A program made the translations under genes and the position numbers. The notes beneath the pieces were generated by a model. It had not been told where the DNA came from, made no database searches, and worked only from the letters and a program-made list of their open reading frames with translations. From Takakia lepidozioides (Eukaryota; Plantae; Bryophyta), in contig CM060733.1 of assembly GCA_030704615.1 (NCBI GenBank), positions 27,280,001-27,344,000 on the forward strand: a stretch of DNA of 64,000 nt, in the 5' to 3' direction. Below are positions 26,107 to 37,831 of this stretch, piece after piece. Each line of letters starts with the position of its first letter. Positions within the stretch are counted from its first letter, which is position 1.

Positions 26107-29100
26107 ATTATCACCTTGGCTCTGGCTGAGCAACGCAGAGTGCGGAGTACACTTCCCTCGATTGTCTCTCTGCCTACCGAGACGGTACAGGCAGTGAGTG
26201 GGGGCGAGCATGTGAGGACCACGGGGTGCATGCATCCATGGCACACGTGGGAGGTGCTCGAGGTTCAGAGGGAGTTGGCAGCCAAGGCGGCTGTGATGGA
26301 TGAGGTTGGGGATTCTTCTCGGGTTGAGGAGGTCCTCAAGGATGAGATGATGGGGCAGGATGAGGCCTTGTCATTGACTGAGCAGGCAGGGAGTACTGCT
26401 CAAGAGGTTACAACATAGCAACCACTGGACGCGTCCTCTACCTCTAAGCCCACTGGACTTAAGGTTGCAGTTACGGAGGACAATTGGGAGCCTGACATTG
26501 GACCCATTGTTACCGGAGGAGAGAGACGACGTATACGGCGGTTCCTGAGGGCTTACAGGAATTGCTTTGCCTTCAGTTTGAAGGACTTGGGAGCACTGAA
26601 GGGTCAAGAGATCCATATTGAGTTGGCCACTGACACGCCAATCTTTCGGAGACCCTATAGATACAGTGACATGGAGAGGTCTTTGATTCAGATTAGGACT
26701 CAAGATCTCTGGGATGCAGGTTTGGTGGAGCTCTCTGGTGGAGAGTATGTTTCAGCCATAGTGATGCCAGCCAAGAAGGATGTCTATGGCAATTGGACGG
26801 AGAGACGTATGTGCGGTGATTACCGGCTTGTAAATCGTCAGACCAAGTCCGATAAGTATGCCATGCCAACACCGAGGAGATCTTTGATGCCATCGGCATG
26901 CTAAGGCCTTTAGCACTTTGGATTTATGATCCGGATATCACCAGTTGCCAATCAAGGAGGCGGACAAGCAGAAGACGACATTCTGGGGGATCAATGAGCA
27001 CGGCAAGGATTGCTTATATCAGTGGCGGTTCTTACCATTTGGGCTTAAGAATGCTCCTGCAGAGTTTCAGAGAGTCATGGATAGGATTCTAGCAGGGGTG
27101 GACTTTGCTCGGTGCTACATAGATGACATCATCATCTTTAGTGTTACGATGGAGGAGCATGAGAGATACCTTCAGGTGGTATTGGAGCGCTTGAGAGCGC
27201 ACGGATCGAAGTTGCATCCGGGGAAGTGCAAGTTTTTCCACAACCAGATTGAGTATCTATTATAGACGGTTTGTCAAGGGATTTAGTACCATTGCAAAAG
27301 CTCTAACCAAGCTAACCAAGGTGGACCAGGAGTGGCAGTGGGAAGATGAACAGGAACGAGCTTTTCAAGAGCTCAAGGCGAGGTTGACCTCGGCGCCTAT
27401 CCTGAGACGACCTATCAGAGGGCGTCTCTTTCAGCTGCATACGGATTGGAGCATGCTGGGGCTTGGAGCGGTGCTCACACAGGTGGATGATGAGGGAAGA
27501 GAGTTCGTAGTGGCTTATGCTAGCTGCTCGAACAACGCTGCAGAGGCTAAGTACAGCTCATATGAGGGAGAGTGCTTAGCTGCAGTGTGGGCCGTGGCAC
27601 ACTTCAGGTGCTATCTATACGGCAATCTTTTCACCCTTGTCACGGATCACCAGCCACTCAAGTGGTTGATGGAGTCAGACAAGCTTACGGGGAAGCTTGC
27701 ACGGTGGGCACTCATACTCTAGGAGTATGACTTTCAGGTTTTGCATCGACCGGGTTTGGTCAATCGGGATGCGGATGGATTGAGTCGCAATCCATGCATG
27801 AGCCAGCAGGATGACACTGGAGCTCGGTGGCATGGAAAGACGGACGAGGAGATGGTGCCGGGATGGCACGCATCTGTATTTTTGTGTATCTTGGCATCGG
27901 GAGGTCAGGTTGGACCTACAACAGGGATGACTGTAGATGGAGTGTCTGAGGACCCTGAGGCTAGTGATGAGCCAGGTGGTGCCAGAGATATACATGAGGA
28001 TTCGGCTGTGTTGGACTACCTCCGCACGGGAGACATGTCAGCCACTGTGACTGCCAGGGAGAGGGATCGGATCATGCAATGAGCCAAGAGGTTCAAGTGG
28101 GAGGGGATACACCTACTTCGAGTGTGGGAGGATGGTCGGGTGAGGATTGTGCCTCACCCCACACAGCTTGCACGGTTAGTGCGGCATGCCCATGAGGAGT
28201 TGGGGCATTTTGGAGTGCGACGCACTCACAGTTTACTGCAGGGGCAGTATTGGTGGCGTGGTATGCATACAGAGGTGCAACAATTCGTGGCTAGGTGCAT
28301 GGTATGTGACAGGGTGCGTGCTTCATTCAACGCCCCTACACCATAGTTGCATCCTTTACCAATCATGGGATTGAGCTACAGGTGGAGTCTTGACTTCGCA
28401 GGGCGTTTGCCACTGACTATGCGCCACCACAGATATGTGTTGGTGATGGTGGAGCACTTCTCCAAGTGGATCGAGTTTGTTCCATTGCCTGACAAGGCTA
28501 GTGAGGGGGCTGCATATGCATTCTTGGATCGTGTGCTTAGCCGATTTGGTGCTCCAGCTGAGGTACTCACGGACCAAGGGAGAGAGTTCTTAGGGGAGTT
28601 TCAGGCTTTGTGTGATAAAGCCTTGATAGACCACCGCACCACTTCTCGGGATCATCCTGAGGCCGATGGCTTAGCAGAGAGAGTTGTTCAGACGGTGAAG
28701 AGGGGTTTGCGCAAGTATGGCTTGCAGAAGGGACACCTAGGAGATTGGGATCTTCAGGTTCCTTGGTTAGCCATGGGCTACAGGTTCAGCAAACAAGCAT
28801 CACTTGCCTCCTTCTCACCATATTTCCTTCTCTTTGGCCGAGAGCCGGATTTGCCTGCAGCCATTCGTAGGGACACTGCTCAAGTCCTTAACCTTGACGA
28901 TCCGGACGTGTGGGTACGTGCATGTGATCAGCGTGCAGAGTTGTTCAAGAAAGTCATGCCCATGGCTTTTGAGAACCTTGTCATTTCACAGCACCGTGAT
29001 ACGTTGAGGTATGCCACTATACGTGGTGGAGGATATCATCCTGGGGTTCGGAGGTTTAGCCCTGGTGACTATGTTTATTTGCAGCAGACTACTCCAACGA

Positions 29101-29288
29101 CTCTGGATATTACTGCAGGGTGTGTTATTCTGAGGGTTCGAGAGGTGTTCCCCTCAGGGGTCCTGATCTTGGAGGGTCGGGATGGCATGACTTGGAAGGA
29201 CCATGTGCGTAATTGTGCGCCATGTCACCTTCCCAATGTCGATGGCAGAGTTGACCCAAACTTGGCAGTGGTACCTGCAGGTTTGAGG

Positions 29289-29432
29289 TGCATGCTCTGT
29301 GGGTCTGCCAAAGGGGCAGCCACCATGCTGGTGTGTGATCGATGCTCAAGGGGTTGGCATATGGGATGCTTGACACCACCTCTTGAGAAGGTTCCTGACG
29401 GAGATTGGTTGTGTCCACACTGCTTGGGATAG
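29289..29432 (+). other. PHD finger at the integrase C-terminus
   Basis: CMLC..MLVCDRCSRGWHMGCLTPPLEKVPDGDWLCPHC is a canonical C4HC3 PHD, in frame with the integrase core (ORF 28347-29432). Confidence 0.92.
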
Positions 29433-29897
29433 TGGCAGTGGACATGACTGGAGGCAGCTAACAAGACATGGGAGGCCAAGCTCATAGGAGTCAATACATG
29501 AGATCCCAAGCTCAAGTTCACAGGATGCAAGACGGCGACTAATGATGGGGCAACTCTTGCACCCGGCCTCTTGATCTATCGAGTTTGAGTGTAGTAGGGA
29601 TAGTGGTGGAGGACTTAATGAGGCTATTGTCACTATCACATCTTGTGGCTACCTAGACTTAGAGGGACCTAAGCACCAGCTAGGGGGGCGATTGTGTGGA
29701 CTAGTGACTGCCATAGTGGGCAGCATAGTGGCAGCCTAGTGACTGACTAGTTGTAGCCTAGTGGTTGGACTAGTGGCTGGACTAGTGGTGGACTAGTGGT
29801 ATACTAGTGTGTGGTGTGCACATGTGTTGTGTGGTTTTGGATAGCGATGTAGTTGTGTAGCGATATGTATGCGCACGACACAAGGTTGATGTCCCCA

Positions 29898-32800
29898 TCA
29901 ACGCTTCTTCCGCTTTTGAGGTCGCCCTTCGAAAGCTGCAACCGCCTCGGATGCGTTTCCCATTTCTGAGGCACGCACCCAAGATGCCTCCACATGATGA
30001 TAGCCCTTCCATTTCACGAGATACTCCGTTTCTCAATTCTTGAACCACCTCGACTTAAGCACTGCCTCCACCTCGTACTCAGGTTCATTTTCATGATCTA
30101 ATAGCACAGGTGGTGGACGCAACACTTGATGCCGATTCGGACGCGCTTCATCTTTGAAGTAAGGCTTCAAAAGGGAGACGTGGAATACCGGATGCACCTT
30201 GCTATTTGCCGGCAGCTCCAATTCATACACATCCTCATTCATAACCTTCCGGATGCGAAAGGGTCCCGCATACGGAGGTACGAACTTCGGACCCACTTCC
30301 GGAGGTAGTCGAAAATTCTTGATATTCAACCAAACCTCCGTATCTGCCTCAAACTTGACTTCCCTCCGCTTCCGATTTGCCTGCCGTTCATACTGTTTCC
30401 TAGCTTTGGCGATGTTGTACTTTGCGAGCTTCAACAAGCGTTCGCGTTCCTCCAACACAGCTGCTGCTGCCGGTTCCTCAACGTCTTGGGCAGCCCAACT
30501 TGTCGGCACTAGAGGTGCTTTTCCATAGACCAATACGAAAGGGAAAACACCCGTTGCGGAGTGTTTTATGTTATTATAACATAACTCTACCGCTTCCAAG
30601 TGCTCCACCCAGTCCGATTGGTCCGCCGACACGTAATTCCGCAAGATCTGCTTCACCACGGAATTCACCCTTTCCGTTTGGCCGTCCGTCGTAGGTCAGA
30701 AGGCGGTGCTCATCTTGAGCCTCGTCCCCATCTTCTTCCAAAGTGCCCTCCAAAATTTACTTGTAAACTTTGGATCGCGGTCCGAGACAATATCCTTCGG
30801 GAGTCCATGATGTTTCAAGACGTGGGCGAAGTAAAGTCGCCCCTTCTCCTGTGCCGTTGCCGTCTCCTTGGTGGGGGCCATCTCATCCTTCCGGTAAGCC
30901 TTCCGGATCTTCCTTTGGAGCGCCGTCTCGCCCCTGTACACCAGCAAGAGCTGCTGCTTTCTACTTAAAGCATCGGTCACCACATTGTCCCGTCCCAGTT
31001 TGTACCGGATATCCACGTCGAACACCGCCAAAGTATCTTGCCACCTAAGTTGTTTTGGGGACAATTTAGGCTGCGTGGCAAAATACTTCACCGTGACATT
31101 GTCTGTGAATACCTTCACTGGGTTGGAACCAACATAGTGGCGCCAAAGTTCAAGGCAATGCACCACCGCCTTCATCTCTTTCTCGTGCGTCGGCCACCAT
31201 CGCTCCACTTCATTCAGTTTCTTACTTTCGTAAGTCACTGGACGTCCATCTTGCATAAGTACACCCCCAATCGCGAAGTCCGACGCATCTGTATGAATCT
31301 CAAACGGACGGTCGAACTCCGGGATTTTCAAGACTGGAGCTTCCGCCATCCGCTACTTCAACTCGGCAAAAGCTTAGCCACAAAAGGTGTTCCATACCCA
31401 TACCTTGGATTTACACAGAAGGTCTGACAGCGGCCCCGCGATCTTGGCGAAATTTCTCACATACTTTCGGTAATAGGAAGCGAGTCCTAGGAAGGATCGC
31501 ACTCCCGGGACCAAAGTCGGAGGCTCCCAGTCCAAGATCGCCCTCACCTTTCTGTCATCCATTTTGATCCCATCCTGTGTAATCACATGCCCTAGGAACT
31601 CCACTTTTGTGACCCCGAATTCGCACTTTGAAGCTTTGGTATATAGCTTCCCTTCCCGCAATTTCTGGAACACCCTTTTGAGGGGCTCCATGTGCTCTTC
31701 CTTTGTTTTCGAGTACACCAAGATGTCGTCGATGTACACGATTACAAAGTCATCCAACCACTCCTGAAAAAGACTATTCATTAGCGTGCTAAAGGTCGCG
31801 GGTACGTTGGTGAGGCCAAAAGGCATCACCAAGAACTCATACGAACCATATCTTGTCCTGCACGCGGTTTTCTCCTCATCTCCTTCTGCCACTCGGATTT
31901 GATGGTAGCCGGAGCGCAAATCGATCCGGCTGAAATACTTCGCTCCTGCCAACCGATCAAAGAGGTTGTTGATTCTTGGCAAAGGGTACCGGTTCTTGAT
32001 AGTCACCTTATTCAGAGCCCTATAGTCGACACACATCTGTAGCGTCATATCTTTCTTGTCTGCGAATAGCACCGGGGCTCCGTAAGGTGACTTACTCGGC
32101 CGGATGTATCCATTTGACATTAGATCCTTGAGCTGAGTCTTCAGCTCGACCAACTCTCTGTGGCTCAACCGGTAGGGCACCTTGGCAGGCGGCTCCGATC
32201 CCGGTAACACCTCAATCTTGTGGTCAATTCCCCTTCGCGGTGGCAAGCCGCTTGGTAAATCCTCCGGCATCACATCCTGGTATTTCTCCAAAATCCCCTT
32301 GATCCAATTTGGGCTCGGCTCCCCATCGCCTTCTCCATTCACTTGTCTTACATAAAGCAAAAATTGGGGCTCGTGTGACTCCTCCACGACCCACTCCCTT
32401 GCTGACAGAAGGTTTAGTCGCCCTCCCACGGGGTTGGGCGTTTTCAACACTCGTAAACTTCGCCACCATTCCCACATGGTATCGTGACTACTCTCTTGTG
32501 GCCATCTATGACCGCTCTGGGTCATCCCCAAAATGAGATCCACTCCATCGATCTCGCAAATGGTGAAGTTCTCACGTCCCTCCCAACTCCCGAGCTGAAG
32601 AGGAACATCGAACGCCAATTGTGGTTCTCCTTTAGCAGAACGCACCTCAATAAAGGCCCCCACATCACTTGTCGGGAGTCCCAGCTTCCGTGTTGTTGCC
32701 GGTGTCATGAAGGAGTGCGACGCTCCAGTGTCCACCAACAACGACACGTTAGTTCCGGAGATTATCCCACTCACAAAAATTAACTGACTCCCTTTACGCA

Positions 32801-33905
32801 AGGCGTCAGTTTCCTGATACAACTCACAAGAGTAGTTGTCTACCTTGCAAGTCTTGGCGACCACCGCCTCCACCAAGCGGTGGATGGAAGCTTCGGACAA
32901 CTCCGTGGTTGCCCGAGTCATGTTCAATTGTCGGGGATTTGTACACTTCTTGGCTATGTGCCCGGGTTCCCCACAATTGAAGCACACTCCATCGAAGGTC
33001 GCCTTTTGTCCGCCATAAGGCGTCGCACCTGATTTTTCTTTCGGAGCACCGGGTGTCGTCTTGGCGTGTGAAGGCCCTCCCTTCGATTTCCACGTGCCGT
33101 TGTCGCCGCGTGGCCTATCCCACTTCTTTTCCGGTCGAAATGAGTCACCCTTCCGCGGGGTCTTCTTGTGGTTCAGCTCCGTACGGCCTTGTCTTTCGCC
33201 CTTAGGGACATCCGAAAAACATTCAGCCCTCTCAATTGCCTCGTTCAAAGTCTTAGGTAGCTTCTCCTCCAACTTCCGTCTGGCCCATGGGGCCAGTCCC
33301 GCCACAAAGTTGAAGACCATTTCTGGTTCTACCATGTCCGCGACTTTGAGCAACAACACATTGAAAGCCTGAACATATCCCCGAATGTCATCCGTTTGCT
33401 TCAGATTCCTCATCTTGTCCCGGGTGAGCCAAGACGCGTTGAGGGGCACAAGCTGTTTCTTCATCAGTTCCTTGAACCCACTCCAGTTCAAGGTTTCTGG
33501 GTTTAGACCTCGGTCGTGAAGGCATCTCTGCCACCATTGTTGAGCATAGCCCCTCAAATAGGTGGGAGCCACTTCCACCCGATCCTCGTCACTCAACTTG
33601 GCCACCCGGAAGTACTGCTCTACCTCCAAGAGCCAGGTGTTGAGTGCCTTCCGATTTCGGACGCCCTCGAAGATGTCGGGTTCCTTAGGCTTCACCTTAA
33701 ACTTTGCCTTAGTGGAAGTGGCATTAGCCGCCTTCAATACGTCTTTCAACGTCCCGCCAAACTGCGCCAACAACCCTTCCCAGAAGGCTGCTGGCAGGGG
33801 AGGCATCTGTTGGTCTGTCAGAGCTCTCATAGATTCCTCCCGTTCTTGAGTGGCCCCATTTTCAAAAGCATGCATCGCTTCCTCAAATGACCGCTTCGGT
33901 GACAC
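29898..33905 (-). pseudogene. Chromovirus gag-pol with C-terminal chromodomain
   Basis: Zn knuckle [14 protein letters not shown], protease [19 protein letters not shown], RNase H HTDASDFAIG, integrase with its N-terminal half deleted (junction at about 30880), GPY/F motif, and chromodomain EYEVEAVL..YLVKWKGY..SW ending at TGA 29898. Confidence 0.9.
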
Positions 33906-34034
33906 GTCGCCCCTATCGGGCTCACCAAGATCATCATCTTTCGGGCCGTTCCGCTTTCGCTTTGGCTTCCCGACCCCATGATGAGGCCGATCCCAAGGAT
34001 GATCGTGTACTGAACTCTAGGCTCTAATACCAAG

Positions 34035-34757
34035 TGTCGCGCATCTCACTTCGGTAAGCTCCCCTTCAAGTCATAGTTACTCACTTTGATGCGCGCGCCT
34101 AACTCCTAACCTGGCCGCCGAGCCAACTCGGAGCTTCGGCTACTCACCGGGACATAACGGTCCCCCTTTTTCCCCCAACAGACCCTCCACCAATTTGGGC
34201 CTAGTGGAAATTCCCTTTGGTAGATGGCAGTCCGGAATAGCTCCCCACTCCTTGGTCGCTTTCCGGCTCACTAGCTTACTCACTAGTTTTTGGTCACCAA
34301 CGGGCTTGCACCGTTCTCGGGGTTACTACTCCCTATATATACTTCTGTGACTGTCCGCAGGGGTTCCACAAACAACACCATCCTTTTATGGTGAACCACC
34401 ACGAAGACCCTCGATTCCCGGTGATGAATCGCGGTGAGTCTTGGCCCACCCACCACCGCCCCATTGGACCGTGATGAGTTCCAAGACTCCCCACGACTCC
34501 TACCACAAGGTCTCCGCCCATGGTGAGTCTTATGCCACCCCCACTAAGTCCCGCTAAGCTACCACCACCCCTCGTGGAACCACCCCCACCGCAACCCGGT
34601 GTGCGGGGCTCCACCTAGTGAGCGCCTCCGCCTCCTTGGGTGCCTTGGGCACTCAAGGGTGCTTCAACCCCCGCATCTATTGTTGCCACCGCCCCCACCA
34701 CAAGGGCAGCCCCTCTCGTGTCCCGACCCCCTGCCCTCAAGGCAAAGGCCCGCGACA
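34035..34757 (-). repeat. 5' LTR of the chromovirus
   Basis: TG...CA repeat of 20685-21407, adjacent to the PBS at 34021-34033. Confidence 0.92.
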
Positions 34758-36324
34758 CACATAACACGGCTCTTTTTGCAATCTGACGATCGCCATCACC
34801 GGTAATTCGACCCGGAGCTGAAGACCTCACACTTCCCCGGCTTAGGGTGGGAGAAATTAATCCCCATTTGGATTGGCATAATGAGCTCCACCGGATTGTT
34901 GCGGACCGCCGGTGGTCATTTGTACCCTTTCATTATTCCATGGAGTTTTCTGCTGTTGCCATTGAAGCCACAACCGTCCAAAATGCGCTGCCTCTACTTG
35001 TGCAGCTGATTCTCATGGATAACCCACGGCCTGAAGACCTCAGACATATGCCTATGGCACATCCAACCTTTGGGGTGCGAAGAAAGCATTTGTTCGGATT
35101 GACTGAGGAGGACTTTGAGCGCATGACAGCTTCCTTCCTACAACACAGATGGATGCAAATTTGGCAATTTCCGCTCGTACAGCAAGTTGATGAAGGATCT
35201 ACATAGTTTGAGGATGGACTTGCTCCATGGAACATACCATTCACAGAAGTTTGTGGTGGATGACGCATTGCAGTGGTTTGCATTGGTGATGGAGTGAGCA
35301 GTATTCAACATTGTTTTGCAGAATCTCAATGTCTTCAAAGTCCTGTGGTGTGGGACCCCAACTGAAGACCGCATCAGCGCCATTGCTCATCTCGATGGAG
35401 CATGCTTGATGCCCCCATATAAGCCTCATTAACATAACATTTGATATGTTGAATATAGTATTGAAAAATGGTCACTGGGTGAGGGTGGCCTCATTCAGAT
35501 CCACAATTATGCTTGACCCACTCCCAAGAGCCTGCCCCCACCTACCTCATGGCCAATTGTTACTATCAACGATGCCCCTTGTACATTTTTGTATGCAATT
35601 TACATGTCCAACATCCCAGAGCATGAATGGATAACACTACCTTGTTTTTGGACGTGTTTGAAAAATTTGGGTTCCATCTCACCGCGAGGAGCAATCAACT
35701 CCTCCCCATCTGAATTCACTCAATTTTTCTTGGCATCTTCGTCACCATCTCCATCGGCTCCTTCTTTTGTTGCCACTTTCTTGACTGCATTTTTTCATGG
35801 TATGCTAGCTCTTTTGTTTGGAGTAGGGACCACAATGATTTCCACATCATCATATTCATGGTCTTGGGGATTATTAGGGATTGCACAGCCGACCCTTCTC
35901 TTTCACCCTACCTCTCTCTCATCTCCCAGGCCCTCTGCCAACTATGTTGTGGCGAGTCACGACCAGACCGGGATCTTCAAAAGGTGACATTGCTGGCAAA
36001 ATCTCCATTGTTGCATCAATACTTTGTTGTAATGGCTTGTAAGCACATGCGTGTTGAGACGTGCCGGTTGAAAACATCTCATCTTCCACATTGCTACCTT
36101 GATGAACAAAGAAAGAGAGACTTTGTGATCCTGCTGTCACATAAAAGCTCCTTGAAAAGTACCAGTGATGATGATATTTTGTAAGAATATTATATTTTAA
36201 TCATGAACATCTTAGGCCGGAGTGCGAGAGTTGGGTCCCCAAAACAAGAGGTATCTTTTTCATTGGGCTGGCTCAAGAAGTTGCTGTCAAAACTTATGCT
36301 ATGTAGGTGCCATGTAGGCGAATG

Positions 36325-36505
36325 GCCTTTGTTGGTCTATGAGCCAAGATCCCTGAGGGCGTCTCATGGCTTTCGCCCTGGTCGTTCGTGCCACACCGCT
36401 CTCGGACAGGTCAAACGGGAGTGGAAGGGAACCCCTTGGATAATCGAGTTTGACATTGCAAAATGTCACGACACCATCTGTCGTGAAAAGTTGGTGGATA
36501 TCATA
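36325..36505 (+). pseudogene. Fragment of a group II intron RT/maturase (probable organellar DNA insert)
   Basis: VYEP..SHGFRPGRSCHTAL..WKGTPWIIEFDIAKCHDTI..KL matches RT subdomains 2-3 of group II intron maturases. Confidence 0.75.
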
Positions 36506-36789
36506 TGCCATATGGGGGCGCTTGGTAGAATTTACATGTGGCCCTTCTGGCGATATTCTGAAAAAAAAAATATGGAGATTCTCTAGCTACCGTAGTGGGA
36601 TATTGGCCAGTTAGGCACTTGGCTACCTAATAATTATTTTTGGGGTCATTTGGCAGTTTGGCACTTTCAAGAAAATTTTCTAAATTAGGTGCCATCTTGG
36701 ATGTGTAAATTTGTAAAATTAGGCAACTAAGAATAATGACCATAAGACAAAACTATAAAAATAAAATGAAAACTCATTAGAGGCGGGTG

Positions 36790-37230
36790 TTCCAGCTACG
36801 GAGGTGAAGGTGATCAGATATCCAAGATGCGTGAGTGGGCAACTCTTTGGTTATGGGAGGCTTGGTGTCATGTTGGATGTCATACACAGATGATTATGTC
36901 TGGTTGGGAACAATGTGGCATTCTACGTGTATTTGAACACATGTTTCAAGGAGAGGCTATGAGAGCTAACTTTGCAAGTGACTTGTTTGTCACCTTTGAT
37001 AATATCTTCGAAATGGATCTTATTACGGAAGATGTCCCACGGGTATATCTATCTTGGTCTCAGTGTAGTTGATAACATGAGTAGATGTTTGGCAAATCTG
37101 CATATTGAAGACTAAGAGCTTCCTAACCTCAATGATAGTTCAGAATCCGAAGGAGAGCTTGAGGGATACAAGGCAAACTATGATGAGATAGTTGAGTCAA
37201 TGCAAAGACCTATGGAGGTTATCTGGAACT
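36790..37230 (+). pseudogene. Possible pogo/DDE_1 transposase C-terminal remnant
   Basis: WLWEAW..MIMSGWEQCGILRVF followed by an acidic tail resembles pogo-type C-termini; degraded. Confidence 0.3.
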
Positions 37231-37831
37231 AGTACATGCATCAAATAGTATGAAGTAGAAAGAAACTGGATATCATTTTTAGATTTTTTTCATTTTATTA
37301 TTCGTTTTCTAATTTGAATTCAAGTTTTTATACCATTAGGCATTTTTGGAGAAATTTTTGAAAATTAGGCACTCTTGCCAAAATAATTTATTTTGATTAT
37401 GCATATTTTTTTGGCGAGGACTACATTTAACTAACAAGTTTAAAGCAAGCATTGAGGTGGTGGGGCCGTTGGACGGAGCTCCGAGAGGCTGTGGCAGGCT
37501 ACCAGTCAAATTTCATCCCCCAATTGGCACCTCATGTTCCCTACCTTTAGGACCATGTTCCCAAACATTCTCCAATTTTGCTTCCCTGTCCCCGCTCCTT
37601 GATCCCTGCTCCTTGATCCCTGCTCCCAATTGGGACAAGGGAGCGAGGAAGGGAGCGGGGACAAGAGATATGGATTGGGAGGGGAGTGAGGATCTTGGAC
37701 TTAGAATTATTTTGGAGATGAGATGAAAATGTACAATAATTAGGGCCGCTTTACACGTTGACCCAAGCCCAAGACCAAGCCAATATGGAGCGTTTCCATT
37801 GGTCGAGAGCTGAAAATTGGGCCCAACCGCT

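Larger units (their letters stand above)
22245..29432 (+). pseudogene. gag-pol polyprotein with DNMT and PHD (point stops, frameshifts, deletion of about 50 codons at ~27257)
   Basis: ORF pieces 22245-22982, 22937-24394, 24535-26904 (one frame broken only by point stops), 26945-27265 and 27249-29432. Confidence 0.88.
22078..29880 (+). mobile_element. Ty3/Gypsy retrotransposon encoding a C5 DNA methyltransferase and a PHD finger, nested in the chromovirus
   Basis: Domain order: gag with two Zn knuckles (CWTCGGPHVKKDC, CGHCGKHGHGEAQC), protease (LLDSGAQ, about 24455), DNMT, RT (YIDD), RNase H (LHTDWS, TDHQPL), integrase (HHCC plus DDE), PHD. A PPT (AGGGGGGCGAT) precedes a TG...CA segment at 29693-29880. 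The left boundary is uncertain because the LTR-like ends do not match. Confidence 0.88.
20685..34757 (-). mobile_element. Ty3/Gypsy chromovirus LTR retrotransposon (decayed)
   Basis: Two LTRs of about 723 bp (TGTCGCG...CGCGACA), 5-bp TSD CACAT, iMet-type PBS TGGTATTAGAGC next to the 34035 LTR, a purine tract before the 3' LTR, and gag-PR-RT-RH-INT-chromodomain on the minus strand. Confidence 0.93.
18983..35206 (+). pseudogene. MULE-borne accessory gene of unknown function, interrupted by the LTR element
   Basis: Coding-like blocks at 18983-19979 (C-X2-C-X12-H-X5-C motif, basic K/R-rich stretch, acidic EDEDDDEEVEE), a probable intron at about 19980-20299, 20300-20684 (IQQTP repeats), and a continuation at 34763-35206 past the LTR TSD. 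Contains premature stops and frameshifts. Confidence 0.5.
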
